From positions 18,290,001 to 18,354,000 of the forward strand of contig CM120642.1 in the NCBI GenBank assembly GCA_051362555.1: a stretch of DNA of 64,000 nt, read 5' to 3'. The position numbers and the translations under genes were made by a program. How positions within the stretch are numbered: the stretch's first letter is position 1; each line of letters starts with the position of its first letter. The notes under the pieces are model-generated. The model did not search any database. It saw nothing but the letters and a program-made list of their open reading frames with translations, and was not told the origin of the DNA. Shown one piece after another: positions 22,514-35,035 of the stretch. The stretch is from Lingula anatina (Eukaryota > Animalia > Brachiopoda).

Positions 22514-25500
22514 TTCAAAAGCAATACCAGTTTGTCATTGTACTTGTTTTTATATTCAATTTCTATATTCGATACACGAATATAGGCCAATATAATGATT
22601 AAAACAACAACAAGTCGTCTGTGTAATTAATACATATTATTTACATATTACACCACAGTAGCTTACAGTGAATATACAATGAATATGGCGACAAGTTCAC
22701 ACAAATTTTATAAAAAATCATATTGGATGACATTTCGTTCCAATATAAATGACTGACAACATTAAGTTTCTATACCAGCACAGGGACATTGCTTGATGTG
22801 AAGTTTTCATTTTAATGGGAAACGAGGACTGACTTAAAAAGTAAATCCATACACAGCTACCAATCTGTTTATGAGGAACACAATATGTTGAAAAGGTATT
22901 TGGTAAATGAATCTCAAGTATATAACATCGCACGCTCGTCTTGCGCTTATTATGTAAAGGAAACATTGCACTAAAACTACCGGCATTTCATATGAATTTC
23001 CCGATGCAGTAGTAAATACGTATTAATTGCCGTCATATTTACTCAGAAATATGTATCAATCTATCTGAAAAAGAAATCTAAATATGGCGCTGTTGTCCGA
23101 CACAGCTTTATTGGATGTAGCCCATGGTCTTGTATTGGTTTAAAGCAAATCATCTGACAACACACAGGGAAAAGTGCACATCTATACTGTTCAACATGTA
23201 AATAACTTTGTATAGGGATTGATCGCACAGTCTTTTACATAGGTACCAAAAGGCATTCCTTGCAGTTTGATTTAAATATCTTAAGAAATAGGGCACACAA
23301 AACTGCATGTCTCGGGGCGTCTTACGTGCTTAGCACATATTTAAGAGGATAAATCTGTCATCTGTATACTATAAATAATGTGGAGCCCCTCATTACGTAT
23401 TTATCGCTCTAATAAAATAAGTGACTCGTCCTTTGGCAATATACATGTTTGGAACTCCTTATGGTTTTGGACTTTTCAATTAACACTTGGACGATCGCGA
23501 GTAAATGATAACATGCAAAAATATTTAATAAAAATATAACCCACATTTTACAAATAAAATACAGCTAATATAAAAGCATCATTACTGAAAGAGTTAAGTT
23601 ATATCTTTTCTGATATACCAGATATCACGATATACAAAAATAAGGGTTAGTACAAAACACCTACTTTAAATATCAAGGAACAAATGTAAAACATATTAAC
23701 AAAGCATGGATGCATTCTGTTACATCTGTTTATGCTTTAAGCCGTTGTTACATAATTAGCGTAATGCACTAATAACAACAGAAACAGCAATAACTTAGGC
23801 CTAAACACATTACTTTGACTATGAAGCAAATGTCACAGTGATGCTAATATAAAAAACGGGTCAGTTAAAACTTTGTCTAAAATATCACCGTAAAGGCGTA
23901 AGCGTGCGTGTGCTTGGCAAAAATTATTTCAAACAAAAACATTTTCAATTTTCACATTTACACAATCACCATCCAAGTTAATGACTAAAATAAGAATCCT
24001 GCATCGAGTAAAGTTTGTCAATGGGGTTTATGAGTCCCCCATTCCTACATTCATACTACTAATATATGTTTTCAAGTAAATCACAAATAATTATGTATAT
24101 ATTACCATAATAATTATGCTTAATATTCCACATTTCGTCTTGATTTCAGCAGAGAAATCCCCACTATCAAAAATCCTAGGGACAAAATTGTATTTTAGAA
24201 AGTTATAGTAAATGCTTTTCTCCTTAAAGCAGCAGCCAGTTCGGCAAGAGTCAGCTGAAGAAAAGCCAGCAGCACCATGCACCTCCAAAGAAGGAAGAAA
24301 AGAAGAAATATTCTGGAGCCAAAAAGGTACCATAATAACTAAACGTTTCAAGTGTCCATTTTTTTCTACATATTTTACTTCTTCATAATTTATCATTTTT
24401 AGATGAAAAAAAAAATGTACTTCCTGACTTTGAATCTTTTTTTTTTTTTTCATATTACCATCTAAAGATTTTATGGTTAAAAGTTTTTACTGATAATTGC
24501 ACAGTCAGTAACATCTTTTCAGGGTTGTTTCTGCAGAGTTGTATATTTTTGTATTTGTAAATTTTTTTATTGAAGGGGGTTGGTTAAGTGGAATTTTCAG
24601 ATGGCCTAAGGGAAAAAATGAGATGAAATTGCCAGATGACAGTAACCCTTCTGTAAGTATTTTGTTTTATTCTATGTATTCATCCTGCTTTCTTCTTTTC
24701 CACCACTCTACCTTGTCTTGGTTACTTTGAGTTAAGAGTAGAATAGTGCATTTTCATTAGTGTGGCAACTAAATTTTACTGAAATTTAAATCTGTCTTTT
24801 AATTTTTTACTTTGAAAAGTGTGTGTTTATATTCCATTGATGTGATTAAATCAGCTGGTGGTACATACCTAGGAGGCAGCTGAGGCTCTCTGCTCCTCTA
24901 GTTGTGTTAATATTGTGTTGTAATGGTGATGGGGAACGTGTTTATTATTTTTCAGATTGTGTGGGACCCAGTCAAAAACCGCTGGGTGAACACGGATGGA
25001 GAAGAGGAGGAGACGACTGCGGCACCGCCGCCAAAGGATACTGACCTTATGGGTAAGTGGAGATTTGTTTGCATTTCTTATCTGTTATACAGGCTTTACA
25101 ATAGATCCTTTCTTTTGATTGTTGGGCTGTGATGGTCTGACAAAAATGCCAGAGTTGTAGTACATTTATTAATCCATTGACCTTTTGCGAGATGTCAGAT
25201 TATGAAAAAATAATGGAACAATTCATTTTCTTGCCAGGCAACTATGATAATAAAAAAAGGCTCTGATAAGTAACATATGAAGTAAAAAAATATTTTTTTA
25301 TTATAAATTGTTGCAAAAACAAATAAAAAGGCTCTGATAAGTGACATGTGAAGTAAAAAAAAAAATTTTAACTTGTAATGTTGTTGAAAAAATTCCTGAC
25401 ATATTCTGCATTCTAGGTGGTGCCAAGCCTGCTCCAGCTATGGCTCCACCAGGGGGCAGCACAGGTGCAGGTACAGACATGACAGCCCCACCCCCACCTG

Positions 25501-26707
25501 CTGGGAACAAGTTCTCACGGCCAAAAGCTAGAGGTAAGGGAATACAGACTAGAAAATTGAGAAAATGTCTGAGGATCTAGATGCACAATGGTATTGAAAA
25601 CTAGAGAGGTCTCTTTGGTTTCCTTAATTAACTTAAAATACACTGAAATCTTGTTAAATAAATTGATTTTTGTATTTCAGAGTATAATTGAAACTAATGG
25701 TGTTGACTAATTTTTTTGAGAGCTTTTAGCAATTAACCACTACCTTTGAAAAGTTGTTTTATTTTTTCTCATAAGTACATAGTTATGAGTGTCTGAAAAT
25801 TAGAAATCTTGAAAAGGTAAAATATTAGAAAGAGAACAGTGTTTGAAATTTAGAAATTATTAACTTTTAACGATTTTACTGTGTGTTGTCTCTCCCCAGG
25901 TGCCAGGAACCAGTATGTTGATGTAATGAATCCGACCAGTGCCTCTGCTGCTGGACCCCCTCCAAACCTACTGCCCATGATGCCAGCACCATCTGCCCTG
26001 CCTGCCAACCTCTTTATACCTCCTCCAGGTCTGTGATGTGCCAGCAACACACACACACATACACACATGCAGGCACACACACACACACTATCAAGTATGG
26101 TCTTTGCAACTATTCAACCTTTATTGTTTTAAATTTTCTCTATAGGACCCTCAGTATTGATTTTAATAATCATTCAATATTTTTGAAATCAATTATTCCA
26201 CAGCCTATGCCATTTTCCTATGGAGTTCTAAATTTATAAAATGTTGTCTTCAGCTCCAGAAGGCAGTGATGCACAGGCTGAAGGTGTTGATCAACAACAG
26301 CAAAACACTGATCAACAGCAGCATCAACAACAGGACCACCAACAACAACAACAGTTTCAGGATCCATACCAACAACAGCAGCAGCAGCAACAGCCACCTC
26401 AGTCGCAAGTAAGACGTTTCTCCTTGATTCCTTGAAAATTTGAACAGCCAACCCAACCAGTCTATGGGACATTGTAAATTCATCCCCACCCCACCCTACC
26501 CCTTAGCTATTTTCATTTATTATGACTCTTGACATTTCTAATTTCATTAAACTAAACACAGTGAAATACCCGTATTACCTCAGTGAAATACTGTTGAATC
26601 AAAGTATTTTTTTTTCATTACAGTTTTACAACCCTGGTCAGTTTGCCCAGCAGCAAATACAGGATCAGGACCAGGTATGTTCTGTCTTCTGTGTCACATA
26701 GTTAGTA

Positions 26708-26722
26708 TTGTGTGTGTGTGTG

Positions 26723-26753
<31 letters not shown>

Positions 26754-26759
26754 TTGCAT

Positions 26760-26791
<32 letters not shown>
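26708..26791. repeat. (TG)n followed by (AG)n microsatellite
   Basis: Directly visible. Confidence 0.9.
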
Positions 26792-27463
26792 TACAGGGTC
26801 AGGGCCAGGTTTATGTTGTGTTCTATGTCAGATAGTATGGAGTGAGATGCTTCTGCACAGACAGAGCAGCTGAATTAACCCGAGGAGACACTGGGCTAGT
26901 GAAAATTGACCTTTTATATACCACTAGCCCATTTTAAGACCTTGATTTGCCTGAAGGTCTAGTAGCCTAAAAGTTTGTGGCACAGACTGATACAGGGTAT
27001 CATGATAGCAGTGTGTGAACATGTGTTATCATCTCATGTACTGGCATGCATGTAAAGAGCACGTACAAGCACGCACACCCAGAAGCATGCATGCATGTGA
27101 AGTCACAATTGCACAGCATTGAGTATGAAACAACTTTGTATTTCTTCAAATCTCGGGTTTTATTTCGATCCAGTTTCACCCACGTGTAACCACGTCATGA
27201 TTTTCAATAATATTACTTGTTATCCTAGAGTTAAATGTTGCATGGCTGTGGCATGTTTTTTATTCTTTTAATTATATATTATTGTAGTTGAAAGCCTGTG
27301 TAGTGCACCTGTATAACAAATAGTGCTAGGACATTGTAATTTGTTAACCACATTAAGGTATATTTGGGGCTGGTTCCACAAATTTAAAAGATTTTAGACT
27401 GAAAGTAAGTCATACCTTTTAGATTTCAATTTTTCTTCAGTCCAGGTGTTTTCTTTCCCTTTT

Positions 27464-30400
27464 TATGTACAGACACAGATGTGTCTGTACATATAGCTGT
27501 CATCTGCGTCTGTCGTCGCCGTCGTCGCTGTTGCCGTCGCCGTCGCCGTGCACTTTTACCGATAACACGATAAGTGGAAAACTGTTTTTTCTTTTGGCTT
27601 GAAACTTACAGAACTGATGAATATTCGTAATACGCAGGTCATGTTCGAAAATCAGCATGATCGGGTCACTAATAGGGAATTTATGCTGTTTTTTCACTTT
27701 TTTCAGCATATATGCAGCACCGATAACACGATAAGTGGAAAACCATTTTACCTTTTGGCTTGAAACTTACAGAACTGATGAATATTCATAATACGCAGGT
27801 CAAGTTCGAAAATCAGCATGATCGGGTCACTTATAGGGAATTTATGCTGTTTTTTCACTTTTTTCAGCATATATGCAGCACCGATAACACGATAAGTGGA
27901 AAACAATTTTACCTTTTGGCTTGAAACTTACAGAACTGATGAATATTCATAATATGCAGGTCAAGTTCGAAAATCAGCGTGATTGGGTCATTTTGAGTGA
28001 ATTTAGGCTATTTTTTCTCTTTTTTCAGCATATATGCAGCACTGATAACACCATAAATGGAAAACCATTTTACCTTTTGGCTTGAAACTTACAGAACTGA
28101 TGAATATTCATAATGCGCAGGTAAAGTTTGAAAATCAGCATGATCGGGCCATTTTTAGGGAAGTTATGCTGTTTTTTCACTTCTTTCAACATATATACAA
28201 AGCTAATAACACAATATAAGAAAAACAGATAGGCCAATTGTCATTATACTCACAGGAGTAGTCAAACTAACTAAATCGCAGGTTGAGTTCGAAAATCAGC
28301 ATAATCGGGCCATTATTTTAGAAGTTATGCTGTTTTTTAACATTTCCTCAGATTCAATTGTTAGGCATGTTAACAGTCTCATTATTGAACTAATAAGATA
28401 TGTAAAAGTGTTTGTTTGTCATTTCCTGCATCTTTATAACATTGTTAGTTGATTATGTAAAAATGATGGTAAACTTGTTATTGTGTATTATGTTATAAAG
28501 TGTCAAAAATGGAAATAAACAAATATCATTGCAGTTTGTCAGATTCAGTCATCTACTATATTCATTATCTCAGAATGGAGGAAATTGGACATTTAACACT
28601 GTTCTATTGATATTTTCCCCATCTCATCAATTTTCTTAGTTGATCATATACAAATGGTAGAAAACTGTTTATTTTGTTTTATGTTAAAAAAAGTGCTTTT
28701 AAAATGGAAGTAAACCCATTGCAGAACAGTGCTGTCTTGTTTCAGCATATATGCAGCACCGATAACACGATAAGTGGAAAACCATTTTACTTTTTCCCTT
28801 GAAACTTACAAAAATGATTAATATTCATAATACGCAGGTCAAGTTCGAAAATCAGCATGATCGGGTCATTTTTAGGGAAGTTATGTTGTTTTTCACTTTT
28901 TTCACCATATATGCAACACTGATAACATGATAAGTGAAAAATCATTTTACCTTTTGGCTTGAAACTTGCAGAACTAATGAATATTCATATTACGCAGGTC
29001 AAGTTCGAAAATCAGCATGATCGGGTCATTTTTAGGGTAGTTATGCTGTTTTTTCACTTTTTTCAGCATATATGCAGCACCGATAACACGATAAGTGGAA
29101 AACCATTTTACCTTTTGGTTTCAAACTTACAGAACTGATGAATATTCATAATACGCAGGTCGAGTTTGAAAATCAGTATGATCGGGTCATTTTTAGGGAA
29201 GTTATGCTGTTTTTCACTTTTTTCAGCATATATGCAACACTGATAACATGATAAGTGGAAAACCATTTTACCTTTTGGTTTGAAACTTGCAGAACTAATG
29301 AATATTCATAATACGCAGGTCAAGTTTGAAAATCAGCATGATCGGGTCATTTTTAGGGAAGTAATGCTGTTTTTTCACTTTTTTCAGCATGTATGCAACA
29401 CCTTTGTGCTATATGATGGTACTGTATGGATGTCAGTCTACAAAATTGTCCCTTGGGTGATCACTAATTAAATTAAGGTCTATAAAGTCACTTGCCTACT
29501 CATTAATTTTCAATTGGCCATTAAATGAGATTACATAAAAGACTCCTTGAGATTTCCCTGTAAAGTCCCATAGGTTTAGCTCTCTTAACTGTGTCACAAA
29601 ATTAGGATTTGGTGATAATTGTGCAGATAAATGGTGTTTAACATTGCAAATAAATTTACAACAAAAAGAATGTGTTATGCCAACATGCTATAGATGAATA
29701 ACAGTGCTTTATTTTTCTGGTGGGGTTATTAATATCAAGTTAATACAGCTAGATTAAAAGTTTGAATAGCAGCTTTATTGGAATTTTTTACGTTTTATTA
29801 AAAATTTTTTTTAAATTATTTTTTAAACACTAGTATCTTCAATATGTGATTTTTTACTCCCATCCACCAGAAGTGCTGTGCATTTTCTGTATTTTTGTAT
29901 ATAATTGTTATTTCTTCAGATTTAATTCTTAGGCATGTTAACAGCCTCATTATGGAACTAATAAGATATGTAAAAGTGTTGTTTTGACATTTTCTGCTTC
30001 TTAACAATATTGTTAGTTGATTATATAAAAATGACGGTAAACCTGTTATAATATTGTGCATTGTGTAATAAAGTATCATAAATGGAAAGGAACTCATCAT
30101 TGCAGTTTGTCAGATTTAATCATTCACCATGTTCAGCATCTGCAAATGGAGCAAATTGGACATTGAAAATTGTTCTATTGATATTTTTCCTATGTCAACA
30201 ATTTTCCTAGTTGAACATTTAAAAATGACAGTTTATTGATCATTTTGTTTTAAAAAAGGTGTTGAAAATGGAAAGAAAATCATTTCAGTACAGTTATCTC
30301 TTGTTTACATTTTGGCATTTTGAAAGTGTGACTCTGAACTTTCATGGCCTTGAAGACCTTCCCAAATCACATTTTCTAAATATTCATGACACTTTTATTT

Positions 30401-30747
30401 TTTTATAAAAAATTTGATGGTCATTATGCTGTTAAGTATTAAGTTTTATTGCATGAAAGTTGAAGAAAACCCAATTTGGACACTGCTGCCAGGATAGCGA
30501 TTAAGGGAAAACCATGTTACTTACGATACTGAAACTTACTGGAAGTTTCATAAGACAGAAGTGCAGCTTGTGTTTGAAAACCAGTGTGATTGTTTTCTGT
30601 TTTGGAAGCAATGCAGGTTTATAGAGTGCTATACTGGCATTTTCAAGTTGTGACTTATCACTCCCATCTGCCAGGAGCCCTGTACTCTTACTTTGTAACA
30701 TTTTCTGTATTTTGTTAAGTTACAAGAATGATTCTTAGGACTGACAT

Positions 30748-30788
<41 letters not shown>

Positions 30789-30793
30789 ATAAT

Positions 30794-30879
<86 letters not shown>

Positions 30880-31369
30880 TGAATTTAAGCAATTTTTTTT
30901 TGTGTGTAATTTTCACTGTACCTCATTCTGGCATTTCCAAAGTTTAACTCTTATCAGCCTGACACCTTAGGGACTATTTCCAGACCCTATCACGCTAACT
31001 GTGGATCGATCTATCTCCATGGGAATTCTCGCTAAATTGCAATCAATGTAAGTGGCTTAGTTGTCTGTCACGCCTACTGAAACTGGCATGCCAGAATCCT
31101 GAGACTCTCAAACTGAAAGCAATTTAGTGAGAAACCCCTTGGAGTTGGATTGATCCTGTTAGATTGATCTAGGTATGGGAACTTAGTCTAATGCTTGATA
31201 CACATTTTACTTTCATCCTAATCCAATGTTATGCAGAATAAGAATTTGATGTTGGCTATGCAGTTACAGTAAGCATAATACATTAGTTCATCAGAATTGA
31301 CAGTATCCTATTTCCTGCGTTTTTATTTTCTGGTTTTTGTCTGTACATTTGACAGCTTTGCTGCCTTGT
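27464..31369 (+). mobile_element. Helentron-derived non-autonomous element (HINE) with internal ~161-bp tandem repeats
   Basis: Inserted in a T-run without a TSD (empty site ~56600). 5' hairpin TATGTACAGACAC-agat-GTGTCTGTACATA, then a (GTC/GCC)n microsatellite and ~161-bp repeats (27559, 27720, 27881, 28042; 28759, 28919, 29080, 29240). 3' subTIR GTCTGTACAT plus a short stem-loop CAGCTTTGCTG. Confidence 0.85.
30753..30877. repeat. poly(A)-(AAT)n-(TA)n-poly(T) simple repeat
   Basis: Directly visible. It produces the spurious YIYI ORFs. Confidence 0.95.
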
Positions 31370-31672
31370 TTATTTTGATAAAACAGTGTTATCCTGGACT
31401 AAGAGACTAAATAAAAAGTCAATAGTAAGAATGAAAAAAAAGCCAATTATAAGTTTAAGTGGACCACCACTGATTTGGTTGAAAGTGGAAGATGAGGGTC
31501 TGAAATTTTAGACAAGCTTTTAGTCAAAAGACCTTTTGTGAAATATGCCCCAGCATTGTATTTTGATCTCTGATTATTTGGTGACAAAACTTTTTTTTAT
31601 CACAAATATTGAGAACAAGAAGTAAGTTTAAAATTTTAGTTACACTTATTAAAACCAACCAAGACCAGAAAA

Positions 31673-31707
<35 letters not shown>

Positions 31708-32568
31708 ATGAATGATAATTAGAAGTAATTAGGTCTGACTTCAGTATCATTACACATAGTAACTTTGCTAAAGTTATGGATGATCACAACACTACTTTGT
31801 TCTTAGTGCTATAAAACCCCTCATCTTTAGTTTGAGAAATTTCAGCTTTACACACTGTATTCTTTATGTTTAAGTGATGTCTTGCAGCAAATTTTAATGC
31901 TTGATTATTTTTTCGTAAAGTGAATTTAAAAGAAGCATTCTCTGCCAGTATTGATGCCAGTATCTCTCTCCCCCCTGAATTTATAACAAGAAAATATGGT
32001 GGGTTTGGAGGGGAGAGGGGGGGTGCAATAAAAGGCATTTTGCTTTACTGAGTACATAAAAATTGCTTTATGGTTTTGTCATAGTTTCCATTTTGGGTGG
32101 GAGGCTGAATTTGCCATTTTGCACATAAATGGGTTGGGAGTCACCTAACTTAGATTGTAGCTCTTTCTAGCGTGATGCTTGCTTTTATTATTATTTATTT
32201 ATTATTTTATTTATTTATTTATTATTATTTTTTTTTTGGGGGGGGGGGGGTAATAAGAGGTTTAAGCACCATTAAACGCCCTTATACAAACACTGGTATT
32301 AAAATGTTGTTCATGGGTTAGTGCCAATAAGCAGTCTCAGCAGTACAAAGAGTAGAGAGTTTGACATGCTGAAAGTGCCCATTCTACTAGCCATGACAGG
32401 TTAAAGGACTGATAAAAAATCTGTTCAGTAGTGCCAAGGAACCGGCAACAATAAGAAGAATTTCCTTTTTGAATTTACAGTCAGTCTGGCAAAAAATCAT
32501 TTCGTCTGGCAAATTTTTCTTAGATGCCGAGCAAAATGGCTGGCAGTTTGAAAAGGTTCAGCATGTTT

Positions 32569-32742
32569 GGCCTTGTTCAAAATAAGGGACTAACTAGTCC
32601 AAGGGTCAAATATGGCCGACCCACTTGAATACTTCCCCATGGGATGTTTATTCAGTGTCTATAAGAGGATTAGGCAGCATGCTTTGTAATGAGTTGCCAT
32701 ATTTGACCCTAGGACTAGTTAGTCCCCTATTTTGAATGGGGC
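32569..32742. mobile_element. Short palindromic MITE, shared with unit 2 (~57765-57938)
   Basis: ~45-bp inverted repeats ttcaaaataagggactaactagtccaagggtcaaatatggc / gccatatttgaccctaggactagttagtcccctattttgaa. Confidence 0.65.
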
Positions 32743-33543
32743 GTTTGAAGGTGCAGTAGAGTAAGCTAGCTCCATGTAACAGTAGAACTGATCCTTGCTG
32801 TCACCCTTTCAGCTGTCGCGCTCCAGTTCCATGAGCTCTCTATCCAGAGAGGTGCAACAGTTTACTCAGGAGGTAAATAACGATAAGGATGAGATCTGTG
32901 CTATATTACATATAGTTCTATATTAATGTGTTCTTTACAAATTCTTCCTGTGGGATTTCAGTGTTGGGAGGGAAATGGGAGATCACAGGTGACATTCTGT
33001 GGCAGTGCTTTTGTGTAGTTCTACAGTATGATGTTGTTTTAGACATTAACTTGCTTCGATAAAGTCTGTTTTTTTGCGACAGTCTTTATTGAGTGTTTGC
33101 TTCTCTTAAAAAAAAGAAGGTTGTTTGAATTGGTTTGATGAATGATGCGAAAGCACTGACAAGGGGTGTCTTCAAAGTAGAGGTTTATCAACTGGTTTCA
33201 TAAAAAAAAAAGCTTGTGTGTTTACTGTCACAGCTCTTGATAAGATACTTGTATTGATTCTGATCCAAACCAATATTGACAGAAAAATTGAAAATTGAAT
33301 TTTTTTTTTTTTTTTTTTTTTTGTGAAACCAGTCTCTACTAGATGTTAACTTACAGGCTAATACTTCAACTTTGCATGTTATACTGCTTATAGTTTGTTA
33401 TTCCTGATACTAAAAATCTATTACTTATTAACCATTCTGAGTGTTTTCAGCAAGCTGCAAGGTACTTACCAAAATATTCAGAAAGTTAAATGGTTTTTCC
33501 CTGTTGATGTATTCTTTCGATTCTGTTTGGTTGGAAAATTATT

Positions 33544-33574
<31 letters not shown>

Positions 33575-33938
33575 TTTTACCTGAGACTTGTTGGTGTTCA
33601 TAAGATATTTTCTTCTGCCAAAAAGATCAACATGTACATTTTTTTTAAGTTGGGCATTTTGTTCTGTTGGGTATGTCTCTCCATTCACTTATGTAAAATT
33701 AACTTTTCACCTTGGAAGTTTTTTTGTGTTTTTATTTGAGCCGTAAGATATGGTGTCTTTACTCACCACAGACTCAAAATATATTTTTTATGTCACACTT
33801 TCCTTGTGATGGTCAAATTAAAGGTTCAGTTAATTCTTCCTTTGTCACATGAAGATGATTATCTAACAGTACTGAGAATATCACATTAGTGTAACTTGTT
33901 AATAATGGTCATAATTTTCACCATTAAGTAGGCAGGTG

Positions 33939-34857
33939 TATGGGCGGCCAAAAGGGCAAAAAATCATGTCGTCGATTCAGTTATGTTTCGTCGATTCACT
34001 GCCTTCCCATCGATTCAGTTTCAAGTTTAAACGATCCTGTCATAAATTCAGCATCTACTTTCGTCAATTCAATTCTCAAACATTTCTCATCTATGGTGTA
34101 TTAAAACCAATGCTGTCACTATTTTCGTCGATCGTGTAACTATTCTCGTCGATCGTCTAATCTCGTCGATCGTCCAACTAATCTCGTCGATCGTGTAACT
34201 ATTCTCATCGATCGTCTAATCTCGTCGATCGTGTAACAATTCTCATCGATCGTCTATTCTCGTCGATCGTCTCATCGATCGATCGCCAGAGGGCGCTGCG
34301 GTAGCACATTGGCCTATCAAAAATGGCAGACATGACTATCAAAATGGCAGACAACAAAATGATTGCTAGTGAAATAAGAACATTTTCTCAACAATTTCAA
34401 TTTTAGTTGTTAATAATTAAAAGATGTTCGGTTGTAGGAACATTTTTTTCTAGTTGTGCTGAACTCTGACCATGGCTGGCCGAGTTAAAAATTACCGCGT
34501 GATTGACAGACAGAAGCACGTGTTGCTACCGCAGTGCCCTCTGGTGATCGATCGATGAGACGATCGATGAGACTAGTTACACGATCGACGAGATTAGACG
34601 ATCGACGAGAATAGTTACACGATCGACGAAAACAGTTTGACGATCGACGAGATTAGTTACACGATCGACGAAAATAGTGACAGCATTGGTTTTAATACAC
34701 CATAGATGAGAAATGTTTGACAATTGAATTGACGAAAGTAGATGTTGAATTTATGACAGGATCGTTTAAACTTGAAACTGAATCGATGGGAAGGCAGTGA
34801 ATCGACGAAACATAACTGAATCGACGACATGATTTTTTGCCCTTTTGGCCGCCCATA
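33939..34857. mobile_element. IS3EU-like palindromic non-autonomous element
   Basis: TATGGGCGGCC...GGCCGCCCATA ends, ~370-bp TIRs containing ~20-bp TCGTCGATCG subrepeats, 6-bp TSD CAGGTG (33933-38, 34858-63), empty site at ~59144. Confidence 0.8.
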
Positions 34858-35035
34858 CAGGTGTTATTTCATATCCTTCAATTGGCACTTCGAGGCATTA
34901 TTGACTTTTACATCACTGCAATTGAAAAGCTGTTATTGCACTTATTTATTGCCGTTATTTTTATGTATGATTGACATCTGTTTTTGCTACTTTAGATGTT
35001 TTATGGTAAAAGAAAGTTTGACTTGATGTATTAAA

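Noticed and set aside
30629-30970. YIYI/poly-K/poly-F ORFs
   Set aside because: Translations of (TA)n and homopolymer tracts.
34120-34680. CRISPR-like short repeats (TCGTCGATCG units)
   Set aside because: Tandem ~20-bp subterminal repeats in inverted arms of a MITE. No unique spacers, no cas genes, eukaryotic context.
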